Source: Alphaproteobacteria bacterium
GTDB taxonomy: Bacteria > Pseudomonadota > Alphaproteobacteria > GCA-2731375
Reading direction: 5' to 3'
DNA length: 64,000 bases
Assembly (NCBI GenBank): GCA_021776235.1
Contig: JAJFGG010000010.1
Coordinates: 10,478-74,477 of the forward strand
Part shown: in pieces, positions 40,446-50,519 of the stretch
Numbering within the stretch: position 1 is the first letter of the stretch
How the letters are laid out: the number at the start of each line of letters is the position of its first letter
Position numbers and translations under genes: made by a program
Notes under the pieces: generated by a model
The model's database searches: none
Seen by the model: the letters and a program-made list of their open reading frames with translations, nothing else
What the model was told of the DNA's origin: nothing

Positions 40446-42716
40446 TCAGCGGCGCGCGGCCTCGTGGGCGGCCAGGGCGGCCATGTTGACCAGATCGCCA
40501 ACCGAGGCGCCCATGGCGGCGATCTGCACCGGCTTTGACAGGCCCACCAGGATCGGCCCAATGACCGTACAGCGGCCCAGTTCCTGCAACAGCTTGGACG
40601 AGATGTTGGCCGAATGCAGCGCCGGCATAATCAGAACATTGGCCGGCCCGGACAGGCGGCAAAAAGGATAGAGCTCCTTCAGTTCCGGGTTCAGGGCCAC
40701 ATCCGCCGACATTTCGCCATCATATTCAAAATCCGTGACCCTGGAATCCATCAGTGAAACCGCCTCGCGCACCCGGTCGGATGTGGGCCAGCCAGGGTCG
40801 CCAAAGTTTGAATAGGACATCATCGCCACCCGGGGCTCGTGTCCCAGGCGGCGGGCGACCTCGGCTGTTTGCATGGCAATATCGGCCATCTCCACCGAGG
40901 ACGGCAGCTCGTGCACGGTGGTATCCGCCACGAATACCGTCTGGCCGCGCGCCAGCACCATGGACAAGCCAAAAACCCGCCGCCCTGATTGCGCGTCAAT
41001 CACCCGGCGCACGTCGTCATAGGCGGCGTTGTAGCTGCGTGTCACGCCCGTCACCAAAGCATCCGCATCCCCCACCGCCACCATACAGGAGGCATAGATG
41101 TTGCGGTCTTGATTGACCAGGCGCTGGCAATCCCGGTACAGATAACCGCGGCGCTGCAAACGCTCGTACAGGAAGTCGCTATAGCGGTCGTTACGTTCCT
41201 GGGTAAGGCGCGCGTTTAGGATTTCCACGCCTTCCAGGCTGTCCAGGCCCAACCGTTCCATGGTCTCGGAAACCCGGTCCTCGCGGCCGATCAGCACCGG
41301 CATGCCATAGCCGGATTCGTAAAAGCTGAGCGCGGCGCGGATCACCCGCTCCTCCTCGCCCTCGGCAAAAACCACCCGCTTGTTCTCGGTCCGCACCTGA
41401 TCAAAGATCAATTGCAGGGTACCGGCGGTGGGGTCGAGACGGCGGCGCAGCTCCAGGGCATAGGCCGCCTCGTCTTCGATCCCATGGCGGGCAACGCCGG
41501 TGCGGATCGCCGCCTTGGCCACGGCCATGGGAATTTCCGTCATCAGCCGCGGATCAAAGGGGGCGGGGATGATGTATTCCGGACCATACCGCAGGTTGGC
41601 CTTGCCATAGGCTTCCGCCACCTCGTCGGGGACATCCTGGCGCGCCAGTTCCGCCAGAGCCTGGGCCGCGGCGACCTTCATATCTTCGTTGATGGAAACG
41701 GCGCGCACATCCATGGCGCCACGGAAAATATAGGGAAAGCCCAGGACATTGTTGACCTGATTCGGATAATCGGACCGCCCCGTAGCCACGATGGCGTCAC
41801 CGCGAACTTCGGCGACTTCCTCGGGCGTGACCTCCGGATCGGGATTCGCCATGGCAAATATGATCGGCTTTGGCGCCATGGAGGCAACCATGGCCGGCGA
41901 CAGGGCGCCACGGGCGGACAGGCCAAAGACCGCGTCGGCGCCATTCATGGCCTCTTCCAAGGTGCGCAGATCGGTCGCCACCGCGTGGGCCGATTTCCAC
42001 TGGTTCATACCGTCTTCCCGGCCCTGATAGATCACGCCCCTGGTGTCGCAGATAATGACATTATCGCTCTGCATGCCCAGAGCCTTGACCAGTTCAACGC
42101 AGGCGATGCCGGCGGCACCGGCCCCGTTTACGACCAGCTTGGTGTCCGCGAATTCGCGCCCGGTCAGATCCAGAGCATTGATCAACCCGGCGGCGGCGAT
42201 GATTGCCGTACCGTGTTGATCATCGTGAAAGACGGGGATATCCATCAATTCGCGCAAGCGATGCTCGATCACGAAGCAATCAGGCGCCCGGATATCCTCC
42301 AGATTGATGCCGCCAAAGCCCTTGCCCAGAAACCGCACGCAATTGACGAATTCGTCCACGTCTTCGGTATCGACCTCAATATCAATGGAATCCACGTCCG
42401 CGAAGCGCTTGAACAGCACTGCCTTGCCTTCCATCACCGGCTTTGCTCCCAGCGGGCCCAGATTGCCCAGGCCCAGCACCGCCGTGCCGTTGGAGATAAC
42501 GGCGACCAGATTACCCTTGGAGGTGTAGTCATAGGCCGAATCCGGGTCTTCGACGATGCGCAGACAGGGCGCCGCCACGCCGGGCGAATAGGCCAGGCTC
42601 AAATCCCGCTGGGTCGCCATGGGTTTGGTCGGCGAAATGGACAGCTTGCCGGGCCGCCCCTCGGCATGAAAGCGCAAGGCCTCCTCATTGCGATAGGTAT
42701 TGTCCATATCCACCAT
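40446..42716 (-). CDS. maeB: NADP-dependent malic enzyme with C-terminal phosphotransacetylase-like domain
   Basis: 756 aa. Malic-enzyme N-terminal motifs LSLAYSPGVAAPC and VVNGAGAAGIA. PTA-like C-terminal half. Confidence 0.9.
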   Translation of the reverse strand: MVDMDNTYRNEEALRFHAEGRPGKLSISPTKPMATQRDLSLAYSPGVAAPCLRIVEDPDSAYDYTSKGNLVAVISNGTAVLGLGNLGPLGAKPVMEGKAVLFKRFADVDSIDIEVDTEDVDEFVNCVRFLGKGFGGINLEDIRAPDCFVIEHRLRELMDIPVFHDDQHGTAIIAAAGLINALDLTGREFADTKLVVNGAGAAGIACVELVKALGMQSDNVIICDTRGVIYQGREDGMNQWKSAHAVATDLRTLEEAMNGADAVFGLSARGALSPAMVASMAPKPIIFAMANPDPEVTPEEVAEVRGDAIVATGRSDYPNQVNNVLGFPYIFRGAMDVRAVSINEDMKVAAAQALAELARQDVPDEVAEAYGKANLRYGPEYIIPAPFDPRLMTEIPMAVAKAAIRTGVARHGIEDEAAYALELRRRLDPTAGTLQLIFDQVRTENKRVVFAEGEEERVIRAALSFYESGYGMPVLIGREDRVSETMERLGLDSLEGVEILNARLTQERNDRYSDFLYERLQRRGYLYRDCQRLVNQDRNIYASCMVAVGDADALVTGVTRSYNAAYDDVRRVIDAQSGRRVFGLSMVLARGQTVFVADTTVHELPSSVEMADIAMQTAEVARRLGHEPRVAMMSYSNFGDPGWPTSDRVREAVSLMDSRVTDFEYDGEMSADVALNPELKELYPFCRLSGPANVLIMPALHSANISSKLLQELGRCTVIGPILVGLSKPVQIAAMGASVGDLVNMAALAAHEAARR

Positions 42717-43100
42717 TCCCTCAATCTTCGGCGGCCCGGAAAACCAGACCGCTAAACACTAACCTCGTCCAAAGCAGGCAGAAGATACAGCATTTGCGGG
42801 TGGTTTTCACAACCCTTTCAGGCCTACCAACTAGTTCAGATGGTATTTTGGCAACCACAATGTGACCGAAGTATGAGCAAATACGTGGCTGTTAACCGAT
42901 TGGAAAAAACCAGTTACTCAGTTCATCTTCGACCGATTGCAGCGACTGGCGCGATCACCGTGCCACAACAGGGTTTTATTCTTCCAACCGCCGGTTAAAA
43001 CTGACGACCTGGCCTGGAAAAAAGTACCGGGTTTTGTTAGCCTTTGCCGGCATTCAGTCCCGGCGAATTCCGTCAGGACATTGAAATTATTGAGTAAATC

Positions 43101-45827
43101 ATGAGCACAGCAGCGACGGCGGGGACTGACAAGCCGACGCCCATGATGGAACAGTTCCTGGCGATAAAGGCGCAGTACGACGATTGTCTGCTGTTCTACC
43201 GCATGGGCGACTTCTATGAGATGTTTTTTGATGACGCGGTCAAGGCGGCCGAGGCCCTGGATATTGCCCTGACTAAACGGGGCAGGCATCGGGGCGCCGA
43301 TATCCCCATGTGCGGCGTACCCGTACATGCCGCCGATAGTTATCTGGCGCGGCTGATCCGCAAGGGTTTCCGCGTCGCCGTGTGCGAGCAGACGGAGGAC
43401 CCGTCGGAAGCGAAAAAGCGCGGCGGCAAAACCGTGGTCCGGCGCGCCGTGGTGCGCCTGGTGACGCCGGGCACCTTGACCGAGGAAACCTTGCTGGACG
43501 CCCGCGCCAACAATTATCTCGCCGTCCTGGCCCGGGTACGGGGCGCCAATGCCCTGGCCTGGCTGGACCTGTCCACGGCGGAGTTCCTGACCGCGCGGGT
43601 TGATACCGGGGCGATTGCCTCTGAACTGGCCCGCCTGTCGCCGGGGGAACTGGTGGTTTCGGATGCCCTGCTGGCGGCCCCCGAGGCCGAGCCGGGGGGC
43701 GGCGAATGGCGCCAGGACTGGGCTGACCGGATCACGCCCTATGCCGACGCGCGCTTTGATTCAGGCTCGGGCGAAAGACGCCTGCAAGCCTTGTACAAGG
43801 TCGCAGCCCTGGATGCCTTTGGTGATTTCAGCCGGGCCGAATTGGCGGCCTGCGGCGCCCTGGTGGAATATCTGGAAATGACCCAGGTGGGCCGCCTGCC
43901 CCGCCTATCGCCCCCGCGCCAGGTTGAAACCCGCGAGACCATGGCGATCGACCCCGCGACCCGGCGCAATCTGGAGCTGACCCGAACCCTTGCGGGCGAT
44001 ATTCCCGGCAGCCTGCTGGCCACCATCGACCGCACGGTGACAGGCGCCGGAGCCAGATTGTTGATCCAGCATCTTTCGGCGCCGCTGATGGCGCCCCAGG
44101 CGATCAACCGCCGCCTGGACATGGTCGACTATTTCATTGCCGGTGAACGCCTGCGCCAGGATTTGCGCGGCATTTTGCGCCAGGCTCCGGATATGGCGCG
44201 GTCCCTGGCCCGCCTGGGGCTGGAGCGCGGCGGGCCGCGGGATCTGGCCGCCATTCGCGATGGGCTGGCCGCGACCCATGGCTTGGGCCGGCTGTTGGCG
44301 GCAGCCGAACTGCCCCTGCCCCCGGACGGCATCATGGCGGCGGCCAGGGATCTGGGCCAACACGATACCCTGGTGGACGAACTGTCCAATGCCCTGGCCG
44401 CGGAACTGCCCTTGAGCAACCGGGATGGCGGCTTCATGGCGCCAGGTTACCGCCCCGACCTGGATGAATTACGCAGCCTGCGCGATGCCTCGCGCAAGCT
44501 GATTGTGGGCTTGGAGGCAGACTATCGCCGGCAGGCCGGGATCGACAACCTGAAGATCAAGCATAACCGGGTTCTGGGCTATTTCATCGAGGTTGCGGCC
44601 CGCCGCGCCGATGGCCTGATGGCGGCGCCTTTGAACGAGGTCTTTATCCATCGCCAGACCATGGCCAACGTGGTGCGCTTTTCCACCGTCGAACTGGGCG
44701 ATCTGGAACGTCGCATCGCCGAGAGCGCGGACAAGGCCCTGGCCCTGGAACTGGAATTATATTCCGAACTGGCGGCAGGCGTTTTGGCGCAGGCCACGGC
44801 CATCGGCCTGGCCGGCGGGGCCATGGCGGCTCTGGACGTCGCCGCCGCCAACGGTGAAATGGCCGCATCTGAACGTTTCTGCCGGCCCGTGGTGGACAAC
44901 AGCCAGGCCTTCCATATCGAGGGTGGCCGTCACCCGGTGGTCGAGGCGTCCCTGATGGCGCGCAACGAAGGCGCCTTTATCGCCAACGATTGCGTTTTGG
45001 GCGGCGAGGCGGGCGCTGGGACGGATGATGAAGCCCGGATCTGGCTGGTAACCGGCCCCAACATGGCAGGCAAGAGTACCTTTTTGCGGCAGAACGCGTT
45101 GATTGCCATTCTGGCCCAGATGGGCAGCTATGTCCCGGCCACCCGGGTTCGCATGGGGTCCGTGGACCGCCTGTTCAGCCGGGTCGGCGCGGCGGACGAT
45201 TTGGCGCGGGGGCGGTCCACCTTCATGGTGGAGATGGTGGAGGCCGCGGCAATTCTGAACCAGGCCTCGCCCCGGTCCCTGGTGATCCTGGACGAGATTG
45301 GCCGCGGCACGGCAACCTATGACGGCCTGTCCATCGCCTGGGCGGCGGTGGAACATCTGCACCAGGTGAATGGCTGCCGGGCCCTGTTCGCGACCCATTA
45401 TCACGAGCTGACCGCCCTGGCCGGCAAACTGGATGGCCTGGCCAATGTCACCATGCGGGTCAGGGAGTGGCAGGGCGATGTGGTCTTCCTGCACGAGGTC
45501 GCGCCCGGCGCCGCGGACCGTTCCTATGGCATCCAGGTCGCCAAACTGGCGGGGCTGCCCGCCTCGGTCATCGGGCGGGCCGAGGTGGTGCTGGCCGGCC
45601 TGGAAGATGGCGAGGCCCCCGGCCGCAATATCGGCCGCGAGGGCGCGGCCCGCCTGGCCGACGATCTGCCCCTGTTCGCCGCCACCCGGCCTACCTCGGG
45701 CAGCAGCAAAAAGCAAAACGAGCCATCCGCCCTGGAACAGGCCCTGGCCGACGTCCTACCCGACAACCTCAGCCCCCGCGAGGCCCTGGAGCTGATCTAT
45801 CGGTTGAAGGCCGCGGCGGAAGACTAA
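43101..45827 (+). CDS. mutS: DNA mismatch repair protein MutS
   Basis: 908 aa. N-terminus [34 protein letters not shown]. Walker [14 protein letters not shown]. Motif [23 protein letters not shown]. Confidence 0.95.
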   Translation: MSTAATAGTDKPTPMMEQFLAIKAQYDDCLLFYRMGDFYEMFFDDAVKAAEALDIALTKRGRHRGADIPMCGVPVHAADSYLARLIRKGFRVAVCEQTEDPSEAKKRGGKTVVRRAVVRLVTPGTLTEETLLDARANNYLAVLARVRGANALAWLDLSTAEFLTARVDTGAIASELARLSPGELVVSDALLAAPEAEPGGGEWRQDWADRITPYADARFDSGSGERRLQALYKVAALDAFGDFSRAELAACGALVEYLEMTQVGRLPRLSPPRQVETRETMAIDPATRRNLELTRTLAGDIPGSLLATIDRTVTGAGARLLIQHLSAPLMAPQAINRRLDMVDYFIAGERLRQDLRGILRQAPDMARSLARLGLERGGPRDLAAIRDGLAATHGLGRLLAAAELPLPPDGIMAAARDLGQHDTLVDELSNALAAELPLSNRDGGFMAPGYRPDLDELRSLRDASRKLIVGLEADYRRQAGIDNLKIKHNRVLGYFIEVAARRADGLMAAPLNEVFIHRQTMANVVRFSTVELGDLERRIAESADKALALELELYSELAAGVLAQATAIGLAGGAMAALDVAAANGEMAASERFCRPVVDNSQAFHIEGGRHPVVEASLMARNEGAFIANDCVLGGEAGAGTDDEARIWLVTGPNMAGKSTFLRQNALIAILAQMGSYVPATRVRMGSVDRLFSRVGAADDLARGRSTFMVEMVEAAAILNQASPRSLVILDEIGRGTATYDGLSIAWAAVEHLHQVNGCRALFATHYHELTALAGKLDGLANVTMRVREWQGDVVFLHEVAPGAADRSYGIQVAKLAGLPASVIGRAEVVLAGLEDGEAPGRNIGREGAARLADDLPLFAATRPTSGSSKKQNEPSALEQALADVLPDNLSPREALELIYRLKAAAED

Positions 45828-45844
45828 TATTCTGGGTGTAATGG

Positions 45845-46387
45845 ATGAAGGTACCAGCCGACGAAGTTATCCTTACTGATCGCTGCCGGCTACGGTACCC
45901 GGATGAGGCCGACATCCCGCATGTCTGGTCTGCCTCGCTTGTGCCTGGGTTCAACGACGGCTTGGCCTGGGAGCACCCCAAGAATGCCAAAGAGCTGGAG
46001 GCTAGGCTCAAGGAGACGAGGGAAGCCTGGGCCAAAGGCAGCGCCTATGCCTGGACAGCCGAATGCCCTGAAACCGGCAGCTTCATCGGCCGAATTGTCA
46101 TCCGCCGTGAGGACAAGCCAGGGGCATGGGCAATAGGTTACTGGATACACCCGGCGCACCAGGGAGCCGGCTATGCCACGGAAATCGCCTCGGCGATTGT
46201 GAATTTCGGATTTTGCCGGTTAGGCGCGACCGCCATTCGCGCGGCGCATGCCACCTGGAACGATGCCAGCGGGAAGGTTCTGCAACGTATCGGCATGAGA
46301 TTCGTAGGCTCCAATCCAAAGGGCTTTCAAAAACGCGGCAAATGGGTGGAGGAGTACGAATACGAAATCCACCCTACACCGCGGTGA
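45845..46387 (+). CDS. GNAT-family N-acetyltransferase (RimJ/RimL-like)
   Basis: 180 aa. Acetyl-CoA binding region [27 protein letters not shown]. Confidence 0.85.
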   Translation: MKVPADEVILTDRCRLRYPDEADIPHVWSASLVPGFNDGLAWEHPKNAKELEARLKETREAWAKGSAYAWTAECPETGSFIGRIVIRREDKPGAWAIGYWIHPAHQGAGYATEIASAIVNFGFCRLGATAIRAAHATWNDASGKVLQRIGMRFVGSNPKGFQKRGKWVEEYEYEIHPTPR

Positions 46388-46481
46388 TGCCGCCGTCGAC
46401 GACCAGTTCGGCGCCGGTGACGTGGCGGGCTTCGTCGGACGCCAGGAACAGGATGCAATTGGCCACGTCCACCGCCTGGGC
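46388..46481 (-). pseudogene. 94-bp duplicated fragment of the 3' end of the SDR gene at 51149-51961
   Basis: 46388-46481 matches 51163-51256 at 93 of 94 positions. It continues straight from the GNAT stop exactly as in the native GNAT'/SDR junction. Confidence 0.75.
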
Positions 46482-46967
46482 GGCGGTGGAGCATTTACAC
46501 CAGGTGAATGGCTGCCGGGCCCTGTTCGCGACCCATTATCACGAACTGACCGCCCTGGCCGGCTAATTGGATGGCTTGGCCAACGTCACCATGCGGGGCA
46601 GGGAATGGCAGGGCGATGTGGTCTTCCTGCACGAGGTCGCGCGCGGTGCCGCGGACCGTTCCTATGGCATCCAGGTCGCCAAGCTGGCGGGACTGCCCCC
46701 TTCGGTCATCGGCCGGGCCGAGGTGGTGCTGGCCAGCCTGGAAGATGATGAGGCTTTCGGCTGCAATGGCGGCCGCGAAGGCGCGGCCCGGCTGGCGGAT
46801 GACCTACCTCTGTTCGCCGCCACCCGGCCGACCTCGGGCAGCAGTAAAAGCCGCAACGAGCCGTCGGCCATGGAACAAGCCCTGGCCGACGTTCTGCCCG
46901 ATAGCCTCAGCCCCCGCGAGGCCCTGGACCTGATCTATCAATTGAAGGCAGCCGCAGAGCTAGATTG
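46474..46967 (+). pseudogene. diverged partial duplicate of the mutS 3' end (last ~160 codons) with in-frame stop
   Basis: About 90% nt identity to 45336-45830. The stop-interrupted copy decodes [52 protein letters not shown]... A TAA at ~46564 replaces the Lys codon. The fragment begins inside a microhomology shared with the SDR fragment. Confidence 0.85.
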
Positions 46968-47170
46968 ATTGGCATCGAAGCCAGTCTCTACACGATCCCG
47001 CAAGTTTCAAGCGTCACAGTGTTCGAAAATACACCACTCCTTCGAATGCTTAGCGAGTCTGAGCGCACAAACAATAGCCACCCCATAGCTAACCAATTGA
47101 ATCTATTCGACTAGCAATGAGGCAGTGATCGTAGCGTCCCCTTTCTCCACAAGATAGCATCAATGACAAG

Positions 47171-47470
47171 GTGCTGGTAACGGAACGGAGCGCCTCCTTT
47201 GGCCACAATATTTTAGTCTGTGATATGCGTACCATGCCGGTATTGAAAGGTTTGAGCCAACCGGTGGTGTTCGATGCCACCCATTCGGTGCAGCAGTCGG
47301 GCTGCCAGGGTGGCTCTCGGGCGGGCAACGGGGAATGGTGCCCGTGCTGGCCCGCGCCGCGGTTGCCATTGGGGTCGCGGCGTGCTTCATGGAAAGTCAT
47401 GAAGACCCCAGCAGTGTGCTTGCAAGGACACGGCGACATGACCTCACCAATCTGTGCGCGTCAACTAGTG
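47171..47470 (+). pseudogene. remnant of 3-deoxy-8-phosphooctulonate synthase gene (kdsA-like), 5'-truncated and frameshifted
   Basis: Frame 1 reads [41 protein letters not shown], matching the KdsA ...LCERG...VIFDVTHSLQ...GGxSGG region. After a frameshift, [21 protein letters not shown] matches the downstream KdsA ...ARAAVAxGxxGLFxExHPDP region. Confidence 0.6.
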
Positions 47471-48573
47471 TGACGCCGCGCCCACACCACCGGAAGTAAT
47501 GCAGAAATTATTGCAAATAACAAAAAATAGACCCCCAGCCCAGAACTAATAGCTAACCCATTTAATGGAGGACCGCACGCTGCACCAAAAAGTATAGCCG
47601 CCGTAAGACGCTGTCCAACAAATTGAGGGTTCGTTCTGGCAACTGATGCCTGCAGTTTCGCCGCCAATGTGTTGAATGTTAGCTCGAAACAAGTCAGTGC
47701 GAAAAAGAATATTATATTGCTTCGCGCCAAGTATATGACCAAGATGCTAACAGAAAGAATGAGACCCAGGATCAGAAATCCACTCTTTCTATCCTGGTGA
47801 CGCGTTCTTGACGCCGCATACAAAAGCCATGAACCGCTGACGAGCTTCATGCCAACAAGAGACCAAACCGTGCCTCCCACCGCCATACCATGGGCAACTG
47901 CATTTTCGACCAGAAAAGCGAGGAAACCAGTTTGGCCGGCAAACAGGACGAATACCACGAGTAGTCCGCTATATCGCGGACCATTCGGTGCGGCTCCGCT
48001 ATCTCTTGGGCTGTGGGTTGTAAAGGATTCTACTGGCTTATAAAAACTTAGACCTACAATCAACGCAATGGAAAACGAGAGTGATAGAAACAACACAGTC
48101 GATCCGTAGGATTCGAGCGCTTTGCCAATTTCGAGAATTGCCGCAACAACACCAGCCAACAGAAGAACTATAGCTAGGCGCAGCGTAAATGCAAATGCCT
48201 GACGACAATAATTTGACGCAACATAGATACCCAAGTACTGAAATAATCCACAACTTAAACCTGTGAGAAACCACCCAATATACAATACGAGCTCCGCATT
48301 GTACAGTGACACAGCCAACCCCAACAACAGCAACACCGCAGAAAAAAACGCTGTTCTCACTCCTATCGAGTGAATATTCGCTAATGGTAATAGCAGCGAT
48401 GTTAGAAGTTGGCCCCCCAATAGAAAGAAAGCAATCCACCCGGCTTTTGCTGCTGAAATTCCTAGACCAGTGGCAACAACATGAACAATTAGCGGCATTA
48501 AGTGTAATGGGAGAGATCCAACGGCCGATAATAAGCTAGCCGAAAGAAGATTTCCTAAACCCTTCGGCATCAT
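47461..48573 (-). CDS. polytopic membrane protein, possibly MFS-type transporter/exporter
   Basis: 370 aa. ~10-12 predicted hydrophobic helices. No diagnostic catalytic motif. Low GC relative to the flanks. Confidence 0.55.
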   Translation of the reverse strand: MMPKGLGNLLSASLLSAVGSLPLHLMPLIVHVVATGLGISAAKAGWIAFFLLGGQLLTSLLLPLANIHSIGVRTAFFSAVLLLLGLAVSLYNAELVLYIGWFLTGLSCGLFQYLGIYVASNYCRQAFAFTLRLAIVLLLAGVVAAILEIGKALESYGSTVLFLSLSFSIALIVGLSFYKPVESFTTHSPRDSGAAPNGPRYSGLLVVFVLFAGQTGFLAFLVENAVAHGMAVGGTVWSLVGMKLVSGSWLLYAASRTRHQDRKSGFLILGLILSVSILVIYLARSNIIFFFALTCFELTFNTLAAKLQASVARTNPQFVGQRLTAAILFGAACGPPLNGLAISSGLGVYFLLFAIISALLPVVWARRHTS

Positions 48574-48866
48574 TTTATCAAATGCAACATTAACAGTTCT
48601 TGAGAGCTTGTTGGCGCTGTCCTCGGTAGGCTACAGTGTTCGCCAATCGTAAAAAAGGATGTAGTTCGAGACTTAGTTTGGTGCACTTGAACCTATGGCT
48701 ATCTGAGTAAAAGATGAATTGGCTAGCCTACTGGCGAATAGACATTCTTTTATTTACCTCTGGCCGTATGGAACTTCGGTCGATAGACAAAATAAGCAAC
48801 TGGCATGCACATGGGCCCGACATTTCCTTCTAACACACAAGTCGTGAACAATTCGATCTCATATGA

Positions 48867-49655
48867 CTAATTGTTATCAGTCTTGGATCGACGACGAGCA
48901 CTTACGCCATAAGACCCAGTCGTGTGATCATCAGCCTTTGGATCTGCGTCTCTAATTGTTTTACGGAAGCCGCTCCAATCGTCATTCGACATCTCAGCAA
49001 TTCCGTCGGGATTAGATTGATTTGTGTCAATGTTATTTCTGCCTAACGTCGCTTCAGAGTAACACTCTCTCCGTACTGGCTGAACTTGGAATAACGGTTT
49101 CCACTTCGAAATCGTAATTTCACGGTTAGTAGAGATCAGCCGTATATTAACAAAGAGGGGAAGGGGTTTAAAACGGTCAGTCTCGACGATGCCTTCATAA
49201 CAAGCAAAGCTGGTACTTTGCGGAAAATTGGCCAATGGACGTATGAGGACGCTCCAGTCTGAAACGGTACTTACGAACAATCCGGACCAGATTTGCACTA
49301 TACCAGGTACGAAAAGACACGACAGGTATGGTGGTGCTCGTCCCTGAAGGTCGACAGGTGCAAATTTATTCCACTGATCCAAAAATTCGTCCTCGAATTG
49401 TACCGATGACAATGCGCGCCAGTCATCTTCATGTCTATAAAAAACTTCAGAGCCGGTCCACATCAAACCAATATCAGTTGGTGGGAATACATACCAGCCG
49501 TAGGCAGAAGCCGTCCGCACTGGTTCACAATATTGATATGACGCAACCGGTAATGTTCCCAATGCGGATTTGTCGGCTCGCATGGGCGGGATTGCGTCCG
49601 GATAGATATTCTGAAATCTAACTATATTTTCCATGGAACTTCCAACCATCTTCAA
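48867..49655 (-). CDS. hypothetical protein (no recognisable domain)
   Basis: 262-aa ORF in the low-GC islet. Same orientation as the flanking genes, and the coding-like codon usage is consistent along its length. The probable start is the internal MENIVRF. Confidence 0.5.
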   Translation of the reverse strand: MKMVGSSMENIVRFQNIYPDAIPPMRADKSALGTLPVASYQYCEPVRTASAYGWYVFPPTDIGLMWTGSEVFYRHEDDWRALSSVQFEDEFLDQWNKFAPVDLQGRAPPYLSCLFVPGIVQIWSGLFVSTVSDWSVLIRPLANFPQSTSFACYEGIVETDRFKPLPLFVNIRLISTNREITISKWKPLFQVQPVRRECYSEATLGRNNIDTNQSNPDGIAEMSNDDWSGFRKTIRDADPKADDHTTGSYGVSARRRSKTDNN

Positions 49656-49680
49656 CCCCGCCCGAGAAATACTAATTCGT

Positions 49681-49941
49681 CTACGTTTTGCGGATGTGCG
49701 TCGCCACTCTAGGAGAGATTAAGCCTCCGCCTGTCTGTGTTCCTGTGGATGTTTTCGTGGTGGCAGTCTTCATGACACGCGCGTAGTGCGTCGCCACCTT
49801 CGGAGAGATAACTCCACCGCCTGTCTGTGTTTTTGCGGATGTTTTCGGGCCGGCGGCATTCGTGATGCGCGCATGGTGGGTTGCGACTTTTGGAGAGATA
49901 ACTCCTCCCCCTATTTGCGTCTTGGCTTTTTGCATCGTCAT
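49681..49941 (-). CDS. small internally repetitive protein (3 x ~28-aa repeats: TQ(I/T)GGG(V/L)ISP(K/R)VATH..)
   Basis: 86-aa ORF fully covered by three 84-bp tandem DNA repeats. The repeat phase preserves the reading frame. It is the first gene after the AT-rich region. Confidence 0.5.
   Translation of the reverse strand: MTMQKAKTQIGGGVISPKVATHHARITNAAGPKTSAKTQTGGGVISPKVATHYARVMKTATTKTSTGTQTGGGLISPRVATHIRKT
49690..49941. repeat. imperfect 84-bp tandem repeat, 3 copies
   Basis: Units start near 49690, 49774 and 49858. Each shares the core GTCGCCAC(C/T)T..GGAGAGAT(A/T)A(C/G)(T/C)CC(A/T)CC(G/C)CCTGTCTGTGT. Confidence 0.8.
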
Positions 49942-49944
49942 ACA

Positions 49945-50171
49945 CCTTCTCTATTGGTCCAAAGAACGCCTACTATAGGCAGTAAAAATATACCTTGAGT
50001 GAATCATAATTGCAATATTAAATTCGTATCTATTATTAGAATATTTTTATGAAAGTAATACTCTCAATTCACGTATAAATACATTATTGAGTTGTAAATC
50101 ATATTATTACTCTTATTTTATTTGACATAATGACAACTATATCTCTATTTTTGTGCATAAGTATTCGATAA
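49945..50171. promoter_or_regulatory. extremely AT-rich (~25% GC) intergenic block, putative divergent promoter / xenogeneic-silencing target
   Basis: About 230 bp of A/T runs (TATAAATACATTATTGAG, TTATTTTATTTGACATAATGAC) in an otherwise >60% GC genome. It sits upstream of the minus-strand three-gene islet operon and the plus-strand small ORF. Confidence 0.4.
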
Positions 50172-50417
50172 ATGAGCATTAATGGTATGTTAGGAAGCTG
50201 TTTTGAGAGTCGGGGCCGGAGATTACGCGGCGCAAATTTCTGCGATGATTTTGCACAATTTGTACCTCAACCACCTGAGGATCAGTCTAAAGTTGTAGCC
50301 ACCAGCGCTCATAATCGAATCATTGGCGTCACCCCGCACAATTGGGGTCAGCACAACTGGGATCTACCATCGAATTTTGAGGAATTCCGCTGCTGTTGTG
50401 CGGTGGGTATGTGGTGA
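50172..50417 (+). CDS. hypothetical small ORF (81 aa, Cys-rich C-terminus FRCCCAVGMW)
   Basis: An ORF only. It starts right at the edge of the AT-rich block. There is no motif support. Confidence 0.25.
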   Translation: MSINGMLGSCFESRGRRLRGANFCDDFAQFVPQPPEDQSKVVATSAHNRIIGVTPHNWGQHNWDLPSNFEEFRCCCAVGMW

Positions 50418-50519
50418 ACGCGCGATTGCGAGTTATCCACATATCCAGCGCTCACGATGCAAGATTGTTTATTCGTTTGCGGATGGCGGTTGTGGCGGTC
50501 GGGGTATAGGCTGTCACTG

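Noticed and set aside
42918-43328. 136-aa minus-strand ORF overlapping the mutS start
   Set aside because: Antisense to the canonical MutS N-terminus. Spurious.
46126-46566. 146-aa ORF spanning the GNAT 3' end, SDR stub and start of mutS' in a single frame
   Set aside because: Chimeric read-through of three unrelated fragments in an alternative frame. Interpreted as scar sequence, not a gene.
47089-47439. 116-aa minus-strand ORF
   Set aside because: Antisense to the kdsA remnant, which has real family-specific motifs.
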